A DNA stretch of 64,000 nt from Selaginella moellendorffii (GCF_000143415.4 NW_003314326.1:941609-1005608); one strand, 5' to 3'; shown: positions 45,049-56,809, numbered from the stretch's first letter. Notes: a model not told the origin generated them from the sequence alone. Program-made: numbers and translations.

Positions 45049-46751
45049 TTAGAGACCAGCTATACAAACTCCCTTAGCTTCTAAACATAGTGTGTGTCTG
45101 TTGTGAAACCATTCTCCCTTCTCAGATAACAGTATAGCCTCGTAAATATGAGGATTCCTCTTGAGCATGCCTAGGTCCGCTTCACTCAAGTTGGACATTG
45201 CCTTCTGGAAAGTGGATTCATCCATGAACCATATCCAAGCTGCCACCAGCCCAACTACAAAGCTGTCTAGCTCAGTGGCAATGCCAGACAGGTCGATAGT
45301 GCTCCGCTTGTCCTTGAGTTTGCTGAAGTCCACCCTACTCAAAAACTTGTTCATGATATCTGAAGTCCAAGTACTCAAGACTGTTCTAATAGGACCAGCA
45401 ACTGATTCATATCCAGCGACAGCTTCAAGCTCGCCTCGATCTAATGACACCTGTTGCCTCTCAATGAAAATCCTGTGAAAGATATCTGCAGGATCAAAAG
45501 CATAGCTCCGGTAAACTCTCGGATTCCTCCACCACTTTAAGAATGTCCAGGCGGCTTCGGCTTTGATCTCGTCATCGCTTCCGTCAATGATGGATCTGAT
45601 TAGATACTCGGATGCTTGCTTGGAAACTGCTTCACGAGGAAGGAAGCCCACTGGTGCTCCTCTGACAATGCGGTCCAGCAAATTGATTACGTCATCGTCC
45701 ACAACCGCCAAAGGAATTATTCCAAATTCTCGCACAGCTAATACTAAGTTATGTAACTGACCTGGTGTTAATACAACCTTTGCTAGAATCTTGTTTGCAG
45801 TATGCCTTGGTCCTTCATGATATGATGGTCCGAGAACAATGAGCTGAGTCATGCATTTAATACTCCCAAAGGTTCTAGCTTCATGAGGTATGTTCCAGCA
45901 AAGGAGCTCCAGTACCTCCTCGTGATCGCAGCTGCATTCTTCTTCTTCACCATCCAAAAAATAATTGATGACATAAGTGAAAAGATTGACACGTAATCCT
46001 TTTCTGAATCCCTCTGTCATAAACGCCTCATGTACATGTGGGCCAACATGGTGTGCAAGTACATGCGCTTCAGCCTTACCCGCAATACTTCTCAGCCACA
46101 ACCCGAAGGAGTCCCAACCCAGTAGTTTGACCGCCAAGAAAATTGATGACTCCACCAAAGTCAGAATGTAGAACAGCCTCATCCCATACACGAAGTTGGC
46201 CACCTGCCCTGTACCCGACGACGGGAGGGGTTTGTAGGCTCCCGACTTGAGCCGAGAAAGGGAGAAACCAAATGATACAGCTGCACTACCCACTTGGAGC
46301 CCATGGAATATCAGATGTATGGACAGGTTCTTTATCATCTTTGACCCCTGCATCCTCCCACACCAAATGCCATAACCTACGAAAGCGCAGTAGTATGGCG
46401 TGGTAAGTATCCCTCCCCAGGTACTTCCCCGGAGCCGAGAGGCTATTAAGTAATCAAAATTCTTGCTGACTAGGAACACTCGCACACCCTCTGAAAGCAA
46501 CAGACCAGAAATGAGCCTGAAATCGTACGACTTGAGCTGAGGGACATAACCCCCCAGCAGGACCACTGTGGCACCACGAACGCTATTTGCGCTAAATATG
46601 TTGCACCTTGCTCCAAGGCTGCCAATAGTAGAGCCACATATTTCACTTGCACTGACAGACTCACCAATCTCTGTGCTCTCCTCTTAAGATTTTGATGTTT
46701 TTCTGTGTTCCGATCTGAGCCCCCAACTTGTATTGCTGTATCATTCTCCAT
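45049..46751 (-). pseudogene. BLE2-like copy 5 with a single 1-nt frameshift near 46574
   Basis: GCACCACG versus GCACCCACG in paralogues; the remaining 505 codons are open, so a recent lesion or sequencing error is possible. Confidence 0.7.
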
Positions 46752-47243
46752 TGTAATTTCGGCTGCTCTACAGCTATGTACCAACGCAATTACAAGCAGG
46801 GATTTGGGAAGCTGTCGCAGTATCGTAAGAAATATAGCACATGAAAGCACGATTCCGTTGAGTATGAGGCAATGCAAGCAAAGCACAATGTAACAGCACA
46901 GTGGAGTTTTGAGGGGTAAAAACAACAAAATGTTTCGTGGCAGCTTATTTTACAAGGTTGCTGCTCAGCAATAGATCCTTCACTAGTTTGAAATCTAGGC
47001 AAAGGAGATTCAAGGCTCAAAAGACTAGTTTGAAATGCAGGCAAAGGAGATTCAAAACTCAGATCATCAACTATGTGTAATGAAAAGATCAATTATGTTT
47101 ACTAATACCATATAGATACCAACATAGTCTTCGCAAAGACTGTTTGCTGTGTAGTTTCCAAGCCTTTATGGCATACCATCTTCTCTGGTTGACTGCTAAC
47201 GTTTCCAGAGGAGTTTGAAACCATTGAGAAGCTCTTCGAGTTC

Positions 47244-48400
47244 TCAAATATTTGGAGCACTAAAGGTACGACAATTGTGACAATCTCGCTTGAGAATGAT
47301 TTCGTAAATCACACCGCTGTAAATGCCATCACCTGGGCTGGTTCTCGACTCTTCCACCTCGCGCAACTCCAGGTTGTGCTCAGATGCCTCGTTAAAGAAT
47401 GCTCGATCAGTGCTGAAAAAAAGAAACAAAAGATTCAAGAAAACACAAAAAGAGAAGCGAAGTGACCTTTGTATGCGAGAGATGTAAGCAAGAAAAAACT
47501 TGCGGCAGTGGTGATGTTGCAAAAGCTTGTTGACAGTCCTGAGTAGCGGAGGAATGTTGCATTGCTGGTAACGTGATAGGATCTGTTCAAGGAGAAACTT
47601 GGAGTAAAAAAGCTTCCATCAAAAGGATATAAATGTCGGCCCCAAGGATGTAGTCAAATCCCTCAGGATGCTTGTCAAGGATGAGAAAGAGCTGTTCTTC
47701 ATTTCCCCACTCAAGCTTTTCACAGGCAATCCCTGCAATAAGGAAAAAAACAAACAAACAAACAAACAAACGAGATCTCTCATATATCAGTGAGAAAGAA
47801 CTCACGCGATAGCAACGCCGTGTCCTGCTGAAGCGCCACGTTTTTCCGCATGATCTAGCAGCGATCCCCAAACTTGTTTTAAGAAACCATGCATGGAAAT
47901 TCCTGCCTTTAAAACGATGTCATTGTGATCAGTCATGACGACTTTGCGGCAGCCAATCCTTCCACACAAAAGGCCAGTCACTCCTACAAACCATGAAAAA
48001 AAACAAGTGTTAGAAAAAAAAAAGGAGAGAGAAAGAAGAGAAAACCATGCGAAGAACTTCATACCAACACCAGAGCCCAGCTCAATGATCGAAGCTCCTT
48101 GAAAAATTTGGCTATGATCCACAATGTAATTGAGGAGAAGCTCGGTGCCAGGCCAGATTATCTGGCCAGTGAGGTCGTAATCCGCTGCGAGCTATCGCAT
48201 TGAAAGAGAGGAACCGAGAGAGAAAGAACACACTCACTGGAAGAGCATTGTAGGCTGAGCACAGGAATGTCGTGATGGCCGATGGAAATGCGCTGCTCAA
48301 CGTAGCTAGCAGTGGATGATAGAATCGATTAAATCCTAGTAGCTTACTTCTCGTCCAGGAACAGCGATCCAATACCTCCTCCATCGTCGTCCTCGTCCAT
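47244..48400 (-). CDS. Family-16 methyltransferase, copy 4
   Basis: Near-identical paralogue with splice sites kept. Confidence 0.8.
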
Positions 48401-48468
48401 CGCATGAGCCCTAAGAGAATAAGAATCTTACTCACAAAGATGCGCTAAAGCCCTAGGGGTTAGGGTTT

Positions 48469-50682
48469 ATGAATGGCGGCAAGATTTGGATGCTCGCGCG
48501 GCTATCGCGCATTGCACAGGTACCCAGCCGCGCCAGATCGATCGCCATGCAGCCGGTAGCTCAGGAATCCACCGAGGATGAGGCGGACGATCTTGCCGCT
48601 TGCTCCAATGCGGGCGTCTGGAGCTACAGGGATTTCGCGCAGATGCTCCACTCTTCCTCCTCCTCTTCCAGTCATTCGATCGAGGCGGCGCTGGGCAGGC
48701 TACGCCGGGAAATCTCCACTGACGCCGTGGTGAAGATCTTCCAGTGCCTCAAGGACGCCGATCTCGCCTGGGAGCTCTTCCAGTGCCTCTCCTCCCCTCG
48801 ATTCGGCTTCCAGCACAGCGTCCACACGGGGAACGCGCTCCTGGATGTGTTTGCCAGGACCAAGCGCCACAGGGAGGCCGGGAATCTCCTCAAGAACGAG
48901 CTCGCGACGATATTTCGGCCGGATGTGGAGACCTGGAACGTCCTCATCACCGGCTACTGCCTGGCTCGCGAGCCCGAGGAGGCATTCGCGGTGATGAGGG
49001 AGATGGAGGAGGATTTCGGCGTGGCGCCGTCGCTCAAGACCCACAATCTCGTCCTCCACGGCCTGTGCAAGTCGGGGAAGGTCCTCGCGGCGATGGATCA
49101 CTTCGAGACGGTGAGGAGATTCATGCCGGTGAGCGCTGCGACGTTCTCGATCCTCATCAATGGCCTCGTCAAAGCAGGTATGCTGATCCAGGCTCACTCC
49201 CTCGCCCAGGAGACCACAACCAATGGCTGCACGATCGACATCCACACCTATACCACCATTGTAGACTGGCTCGCCAAGAACAAGAAGATCCAAGAGGCCG
49301 TGGCTCTGATGGAGAAGATCACTGCCAATGGGTGTACTCCCACCATCGCCACCTACAACGCTCTCCTCAATGGTCTTTGCAAGATGGGACGCCTCGAAGA
49401 AGCCATTGATCTCCTTCGCAAGATCGTCGACAATGGCTGCACGCCGGACGTGGTCACTTACACCTCGCTCATTGATGGCCTCGGCAAGAAGAAGCGATCC
49501 TTCGAAGCTTACAAGCTTTTCAAGGAGATGGCTTCGCGGGGACTGGCTCTCGACACCGTCTGCTACACTGCTCTCATCCGGGGACTCCTCCAGGCCGGGA
49601 AAATCCCGCAAGCTTCCTCGGTCTACAAGACAATGACGTCCCAAGGCTGCGTTCCAGACGTGGTAACACTCAGCACCATGATCGACGGCCTCTGCAAGGC
49701 CGGGAGGATTGGAGCGGCAGTCCGGATCTTCAAGTCGATGGAAGCTCGAGGCCTGGCTCCAAACGAGGTGGTGTACAGCGCTCTCATCCACGGCCTGTGC
49801 AAGGCCAGGAAGATGGACTGTGCGCTGGAGATGCTGGCCCAGATGAAGAAGGCGTTTTGCACCCCGGACACCATCACTTACAACATCCTCATCGACGGGC
49901 TTTGCAAGAGTGGCGACGTTGCGGCAGCACGGGCCTTCTTCGACGAGATGCTCGAGGCCGGATGCAAGCCCGACGTTTACACGTACAACATTCTCATATC
50001 GGGGTTCTGCAAGGCCGGGAACACCGACGCTGCCTGTGGAGTCTTCGACGACATGAGCTCTAGCCGCTGCTCGCCAAACGTTGTCACCTACGGGACTCTC
50101 ATCTCCGGCCTCTGCAAGCGCCGCCAGCTGACCAAGGCCTCGCTATACTACCAGCACATGAAGGAGAGAGGCTGCCCTCCGGACAGCTTCGTCTACAGCA
50201 GCTTGGTGGACGGGCTCTGCAAGTCGGGGAAGCTCGAAGGCGGCTGCATGCTCTTTGACGAGATGGAGAGGAGCGGTGTTGCAAACAGCCAGACGCGGAC
50301 CAGGCTGATCTTCCATCTCTGCAAAGCGAACCGGGTCGACGAGGCCGTGTCGCTTTTCAACGCCATCAGGAAGGAAGGAATGCCGCACCCTTACGCCTAC
50401 AACTCGATCATCAGCGCTCTCATCAAGTCGGGCAAGGTGAACGAAGGACAGGCCGTGTACCAGGAGATGACTCGCTGGTGGAAGCCCGATCGCGTCACCT
50501 ACAACGCACTGCTCAATGGGATGATCGGAGCAAACAGGATGGACAGAGCTCACTTTTATTACCTGGAGATGACCGGCAGGGGCTACGTTCCTCCCGTGTC
50601 CATACTTCACAAGCTCGCCGACGACCGACTCAAGGACATGCCGGCTCCTGCTTCGCGGCCTTGTTCTTCGTCTCGTTCTTGA
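48469..50682 (+). CDS. P-class PPR protein, copy 5, complete C-terminus (737 aa), likely organelle-targeted
   Basis: Uninterrupted ORF of tandem 35-aa PPR motifs; no E or DYW domain. Confidence 0.92.
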   Translation: MNGGKIWMLARLSRIAQVPSRARSIAMQPVAQESTEDEADDLAACSNAGVWSYRDFAQMLHSSSSSSSHSIEAALGRLRREISTDAVVKIFQCLKDADLAWELFQCLSSPRFGFQHSVHTGNALLDVFARTKRHREAGNLLKNELATIFRPDVETWNVLITGYCLAREPEEAFAVMREMEEDFGVAPSLKTHNLVLHGLCKSGKVLAAMDHFETVRRFMPVSAATFSILINGLVKAGMLIQAHSLAQETTTNGCTIDIHTYTTIVDWLAKNKKIQEAVALMEKITANGCTPTIATYNALLNGLCKMGRLEEAIDLLRKIVDNGCTPDVVTYTSLIDGLGKKKRSFEAYKLFKEMASRGLALDTVCYTALIRGLLQAGKIPQASSVYKTMTSQGCVPDVVTLSTMIDGLCKAGRIGAAVRIFKSMEARGLAPNEVVYSALIHGLCKARKMDCALEMLAQMKKAFCTPDTITYNILIDGLCKSGDVAAARAFFDEMLEAGCKPDVYTYNILISGFCKAGNTDAACGVFDDMSSSRCSPNVVTYGTLISGLCKRRQLTKASLYYQHMKERGCPPDSFVYSSLVDGLCKSGKLEGGCMLFDEMERSGVANSQTRTRLIFHLCKANRVDEAVSLFNAIRKEGMPHPYAYNSIISALIKSGKVNEGQAVYQEMTRWWKPDRVTYNALLNGMIGANRMDRAHFYYLEMTGRGYVPPVSILHKLADDRLKDMPAPASRPCSSSRS

Positions 50683-50904
50683 GCAAGCTTGATACTCGGT
50701 GTTCTTGGCTGTGATGTCCCTCGGATGGATCCAGATAGTAGTACGTATACATTTTTGTAAATTACAAGCTTTAGCAAGAACTTATGTGCTTACCAGTAGC
50801 TGCGATGTTGCCAAGCCATTGCTATAGAGACAAACTCCAAGAGAACGCTAAGCTAGCTAGCTTTGGCTAGAAAGAAAAGGAAAGAATAATAGTCTTGCCT
50901 GAGG

Positions 50905-50933
50905 GAGAGAGAGAGAGAGAGAGACAGAGAGAG
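50905..50933. repeat. (GA)n microsatellite
   Basis: Visible GA run. Confidence 0.88.
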
Positions 50934-51021
50934 CTCACTTTCATTACCTGGAGATGGCCACCAAGAGCTTCTCTTCTCTGTTTCTCGAGCTGGCTAGATT
51001 TTTATTACACTTGGAGCACTC

Positions 51022-51742
51022 CTAAAGCAGCCGGGCACTGAAGTAGGCATTGACGAACACTACCGAGGCTGCAATGCTGATTGCTAGTAGCAATCCAGAC
51101 GGTATGGGCTGTCGAGTTGCTGCCAGACGAATGCCTGTGTAGTAGATCTAGAATTTGTAAGTCCTTTCTAGCAAAGTGAGAGTGATTACCAAAAACTGCG
51201 ATGAAAAGAAATGCCACGCCGAATCCTATGGCATTGGCGAGGTCTTTGGTGTCGGGGTTGAGCATCAAAAGATACGCCTGAAAGAAGATCCAAGGAGATA
51301 AGCGAGCTATAGATCATGAGCTAGCTATGGCTAGACAGATTTGCTTACCACCGCGAATGCGATGCCGCCAGTGAGGCCACCCACAAGAGATCCCTTGCTG
51401 CCAGTTCTCGAGTCTGCAAAGAAGAAAGAATTATATCCTTGCCAAATGCAAGAGCTCGCATTGCAAAGACTCACAGGCAAAGAATCCGCCACTGAGAAGC
51501 GTCAATCCATACGCCGCCGCCGTCGCTGGCGCAATCTCCTCCAGCCCCGCCCTGCATCGCAGCACATCGATCCTCCTCTTCCTGCCATTGCTTCTGCCAA
51601 CGCGGAGATCTGTGACGCCTCCCACCCTCGCATTGCCAATCTTGAGGCTGCTCGAGCTCGCATTGCCGATCCTGCGCGGAGAAAGCCCGATCTTCACGTC
51701 GATTGCCCTAGACGGAGCTCTTAGCCCTAGAATCGCCTCCAT
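51022..51742 (-). CDS. FAX4: Plastid FAX4-like TMEM14-family fatty acid export protein; 4 exons
   Basis: Ser/Arg-rich transit peptide; APATAAAYGLTLLSGGFFA-...SRTGSKGSLVGGLTG...AIGFGVAFLFIAVF-GIRLAATR. Confidence 0.8.
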
Positions 51743-51800
51743 AGCCAAACTCCCACGCGATGCTCGCTCCTTCGGACACAATGCACAAACATGTGGCAGT

Positions 51801-51861
51801 GACACGTGGCTTCGGCCGATTCAGCCGGCGCCCAGCTTAGGGCTGACGAAGTCCACGTGGC
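51801..51861. promoter_or_regulatory. Two G-box/ABRE motifs (CACGTGGC) in the FAX4/CCDC113 divergent promoter
   Basis: GACACGTGGC at 51801 and TCCACGTGGC at 51852. Confidence 0.5.
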
Positions 51862-52103
51862 TTCTCGAGATTCGTCCAGCGGATGCGCGTAAAACCGCCA
51901 GAGGGGAGTTTAATGGCGCGCTAGAGCCCTGGATCTTCGCCACACGATCGAGGCGAGCTCCAGCTTCTCAAGCTCGATCCAAGCGCACAAGCTGGGAGAT
52001 CATCGCCCGGTAGGGTATTTCGATGAGGTTTTGTGGATCCGGCCGCCGGCATTGATCCAAGAAGCTGGGATTTCCAGCGAGGAGACCGCTAGGGCAGATC
52101 GCC

Positions 52104-53619
52104 ATGGACGAGTACGAGATCATGGAGAGGAACAAGGAGCTGCAAGCGCTCCAGGTGAAGCAAGAGGCAGTGCGAATGGAAAATACGCTACTCTCGGAAC
52201 ATCTATCGGTAAGTTCTTTCCAGATTCTAGCTTCGTTGTTCGTGAGTTTTTCCTCTCGTTTCCAGAGGATTGTGACACGCAAGGGGAGCTTGCAACTTCA
52301 TCTGGAAAAGATGGAAGAAGAAGAAACTGAGAAGGAAGAACAGGAGGCAGCCGAGGCACTACGCCGGAGCTCGAGACGATCGTTCCGGATTTTTCACGAT
52401 GGTCCTCCGGTGCCAAGAGCCACAGTACGATTCTTGTCGCCGCCAAAGATACCTTCGCTCTCGCCACCCAAGCAAAGAGCCGAGGCGCTTCCCATGAGCA
52501 CCGAGGAGAAAGTTGAGATCGCTGACGAAGAATGCGGACATCTCACTGATCAAGTCGAGAAGTTGCGAGCGGAGAACGATCGCTGCCTCGATGATCTTGG
52601 TGCTGTTTACAATGAGGTGAAGCGAGGCATGAGGGAAACGAAGAAGGAGAAGAACAGCTTCTACAGGGAGGTGATTCTTTTGTCAGAGATCAATCCCGGA
52701 AAGGTGATCTATGCCGAAGATGTGTTGAGGTAATGCTTGTTCTTGGCTTTTCTTTGTCTGATGGAATGTGTTTTCTTCCTTTTTTTTCTTTCAGATATCT
52801 CTATGACAAGCTGCGAAGAAAGCAAAATGTGAGAGACAAATTGCAAGAGAAGAATGATTTGCTTCATATGGAGATCATGGAAGCCGAGCACCAGTTCAGC
52901 ACGAAAAAGGATCTCAAGGACATCTTACATGCCATCGACTTCGATCAGCTTCAGATCCAAAACGTCCAGCTCCACGCCAGGATACGGGACAGGACTTACG
53001 AGATCTGGGACCTCAAGAGCGCGGTCAAGAGAACGCTCAAGGTACGAGTGAGAAAAATCTCTCTCGAAAAAAATCTCTAGACTGACACCAAACTCGGATG
53101 TCCTGAATTCCAAGGCTCTGGAGACAACACGGCGGAAGCTTGGTGGCATTGTGGATCGGGGGACAAACATCAAATGTTTCCTCAAAGATCGCCAGCCTTT
53201 GTTGGAAAGCTTACGAGACAACATCAGAACGGAGACCTTTCAAAAGGTATTCTAGCTCAAACTTATTCCATCCAAACTTATCCTTGGTGTTCTCTCTTCT
53301 CTTTCGTAGAGCAAGCTTCACGAATCCGTGGTAGCGCATATGCAAGAAGAAGATGGGCCTCCTCGTCCCACAGCTCTCGACTACATGCGTTGTAGACATA
53401 ACAACGACGAGTTGTCCAAAGAGGTCAAGACTTGGAAGAACAAGGTGAGTGCTCTTCACTCTAGATTCTATCATCTTCACGCTTGATTTTGACCGATTTT
53501 TCCAGGTTGAGGTAGCGGAACTAACAAACATCCAGCTCCACAAAATGCTCAAACAAGCACTCAAGAATCGCGAAGTCTCGGTTCGGCAAGAAGCATCAAC
53601 AGTGGTGGCGGTGTGCTAG
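52104..53619 (+). CDS. CCDC113: CCDC113/CFAP263-like (DUF4201) ciliary coiled-coil protein
   Basis: LHAIDFDQLQIQNVQL...; VPTALDYM...KTWKNK-VEVAEL; coiled-coil composition. Confidence 0.72.
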
Positions 53620-53749
53620 CGAAAATTCTAACTTGTGCTAACAAAGTGTTGGCATCTTATTTTAATTGTGGAGGATATTCTAGCTAACAAGCATCCTATT
53701 TTAGGCGGAGAATATTCCCATCTTAGGGCTTATGTAGTAAAGAGGGAGG

Positions 53750-55735
53750 ATGGAAGGCGGCAAAGTCGCGGTGCGCGATCCAGCGCTGCCGCGATGGTAC
53801 TGTCAAATGTGCAAGCATCCATTTGTGATCTCTGGCGCGGATGCCTACGCGGAGCGAGTCTCAGGTTAGGGCTGCTGGGTTGTCGATGGATGCATTCCAA
53901 GCTCTGCTTTGTTGCAGCTGCCGGCAGTGGGAGCGTCCTAGCTGCGAGCAGAATGGATCAATCGTTCGTGCTCTTGCCGAAGCACAAAGCCGGCTATCCT
54001 CCTCCAAGGCCGCGAGGGGCGATGAATTATCCAACTCCTGGTTATTATCCAACCCCAGGTTTGTCTTTTCAGCTCTTGGATCCTCTCTAGCAATCAAAAT
54101 CGGATTTTGCAGCTGCTGAGAGCCACCATGGCGGAAGAACAATGGAAGAGTCCTTTGTTGTGTTGCCTTCCGCAGCAGCATCCATGTATAGGAACGATTT
54201 GTCTGGCGAAGGCCAGGCTGGAAGCAGTGGAAATTCCAGTGGCGGAGGAGCACAGCCACAGACAAGTAACGCTAGCTTCAATGCTAGTGTGAATGTCTTG
54301 ACGAGGGTCTTCGAGATTGCTTCGGCACAAACTCAGGTTTGTGATGTCTACATCTCTATAGTCTGGATGGGTTTTCTTACATAGTTCTTTCTGTTCTTAG
54401 GTGGATCAACCCCTGTGCCTCGAATGCATGCGTGTTTTGTCTGACGAGATGGAAAAACAAATTGAAGAGGTTACCAAGGACATAAAAGAATACGAGTCTT
54501 GTCTTGATAGATTCGAGAAGGAGCAACGGACTTCAGTGAGCGAGGAGGAGTTTACGGTAAAGAGCATACTTGCATGACGATCGAAGTTTACTAAGTTTAT
54601 TGTGCTTTTCTTTTCCAGGTTGAAGAAGAAAGAAAGCTTGAAGCGACGATTGAGCAGCTTGAGCGACAAAATCTGGAGGTGAAGTTGCAACTGGAAGACT
54701 ATGAGCGCAAGTTTAAAGATCTCGATGAATTGGAACAAAGGTAGGCCTGTTTTTTGTCGGAATGATCTCTTCTTTCTGATAAACCTCATCCAGATTCTGG
54801 CACGACTTCAACAACTTTAAACTTCGGCTCACTGTTCATCAGGTAAAGATAAACTTGAAACGTTTGTTTCGTATTTATTCTTGCTTACAGGAGGAGAGAG
54901 ACGCCGTCTTGGCAAAGATTGACGTTGCAGGTGCACAATTGACTGCGCTAAAAGCTGCAAACGTTCTGAACGAGGCGTTTTACATTTGTCACGACGGTGA
55001 TTTTGGAACTATTAACAATTTCCGGCTTGGTCGCCTTCCAAATGTTCATGTAAGACCATATTTTTCTGTTTCTTGTTTTGTGAGATTGTCCCTGTATCAG
55101 GTGGAATGGGATGAGATCAATGCCGCCTGGGGACAGGCGTGTCTATTGTTGCACACTATGGCACAATATTGCCAACTCAATTTTACGTATGTAGACTTCT
55201 TTTTCCTTTTCTTTCTTTTGAATTGTGTTGCTGCTTGCAGGTATAGATTGATACCCATGGGAAGTTATGCCTGTATTGCTGATAGCAAAAACACATACGA
55301 GCTGTGAGTTTTCACTTTCGTGTTTTGTGAGTAACTTATACTCTCTTGTGGCAGCTACGGTCCAGTAAATCTGTTTTGGAGCACGCACTTTGACAAAGCA
55401 ATGGTTTATTTCCTCGCATGTCTCAAAGAGTTTGCCGATTTTGCAAATGCCAAGGACCGGGCTGCTAGAGTGGCTCCAGGCAAATGCTTCACGCTACCTT
55501 ACTTGTAAGTCCTTCGTATCAACAGCGCTTTTCTGATCTTGGCATGTTTTGAAGGATTGAGAATGACAAGGTGGAAGGATTTGCAATCACTCAAAGCTTC
55601 AACCGACCAGAGAAGTGGACAAAGGCTCTCAAATTTATGCTGTGTAATCTGAAATGGTCATTGTATTGGCTTATAGGGAACACACTATTTCAACCAACGT
55701 CCCCTGTTAGTTCCTCCCTCACAATCAGTACATAA
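53750..55735 (+). CDS. ATG6: Beclin-1 / autophagy protein 6
   Basis: [64 protein letters not shown]. Confidence 0.95.
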
Positions 55736-55848
55736 GGCGAAAACTACAGATGTATATAAAATCAGGACAATATATAACATTCCTTCCAACCTTTTCATTT
55801 TGAAAATAAGTACTATCCTACCTCATTTAGGGTTCATACTCAGTGTTC

Positions 55849-56472
55849 ATGGCTCAACTTGGCGAACAGCGCGTTGGCGATCGAGGCAAGCCGACTTTGA
55901 TCCTTGATCTCGATGGGACTTTGATAGCTACTTCGAGGCAAGCTAGCTTACATGCGTGTTTCGACTTCGTGGTGGAGTTTGATTCCGAGGAGCAGCCCGT
56001 TTGGGTGTCCAAGCGACCAGGGCTGGAGGATTTCCTTCGGCAAGCCTCAGAGATTTACGAGGTGGTGGTGTTTAGCCTCGGAAGGAAATCCTATGTGGAG
56101 AAGATGAGGGAGGCGATTGATCCCAGTGGATTATTTGTGGCAACATGGCTTGCTCGGGACTCTTGCAGCGGGAGCTCGGAGATCAAGGACTACAAGGACT
56201 TGAACAGTCCAAAGCTTGGGAGGGAGTTGCGGAAGGTGGTGTGGGTGGACGATTTCCGGGACTCGTTCAAGATGAATCTCGAGAGCGGGATCGTGGTGCC
56301 CATGTTTCGGAACAGCAGCAGGGATGACGATCGCGTCTTGTTTGATTTGCTGCCGCTGCTCAAGAGAATTGCCGGCGAGGATGATTTGAGGCCTGCTCTG
56401 CTCGCGTTGCCCCTGCCAACGCTAGAATCCAACCTTGCAAAGGCGATCAGTCGCCCAAAGCTTACAAGTTAA
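55849..56472 (+). CDS. Intronless SCP/FCP1-like (NIF) HAD phosphatase
   Basis: TLILDLDGTL (DxDxT), VSKRPGLEDFL, KDL...LGRELRKVVWVDD. Confidence 0.88.
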   Translation: MAQLGEQRVGDRGKPTLILDLDGTLIATSRQASLHACFDFVVEFDSEEQPVWVSKRPGLEDFLRQASEIYEVVVFSLGRKSYVEKMREAIDPSGLFVATWLARDSCSGSSEIKDYKDLNSPKLGRELRKVVWVDDFRDSFKMNLESGIVVPMFRNSSRDDDRVLFDLLPLLKRIAGEDDLRPALLALPLPTLESNLAKAISRPKLTS

Positions 56473-56809
56473 AAGGATGAATCTCGTGATTTAGCTAAGT
56501 GATCTTCGAGAATACTTTATAATAGTTTATTGAATAAATGAAGGTTTCACAGTTCATTGCCTGCATAGATAGGATGTTAAATCATGAGATTTCATCTTAA
56601 ACAACTCTTCGAATGTCAATTTGGAGCTGGATTCTATATATCAACGAGATGACATATTACTCCAAAACATGAGACAAAATATCATTAGGATGTGCGTGCT
56701 TCTCTTCCAGCTTAAATCGATAGACAAGTTTAATAGTTACTATGACGCTTAGTAGTATTTCTTCTATGGGGCATTTCATTCAAAGTTGAAAGCTTGCAAC
56801 AATCTATCA

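Larger units (their letters stand above)
12305..50790. repeat. Tandem segmental duplication array (basic unit about 7.4 kb, 12305-19666) with five full or partial units
   Basis: TEX10 3' half, CLC, BLE2-like, methyltransferase and PPR recur in the same order and orientation with shared junctions. Confidence 0.95.

Noticed and set aside
55849-56472. Retrogene origin of the intronless phosphatase
   Set aside because: No poly(A) tract or TSD seen; cannot be supported from this window.
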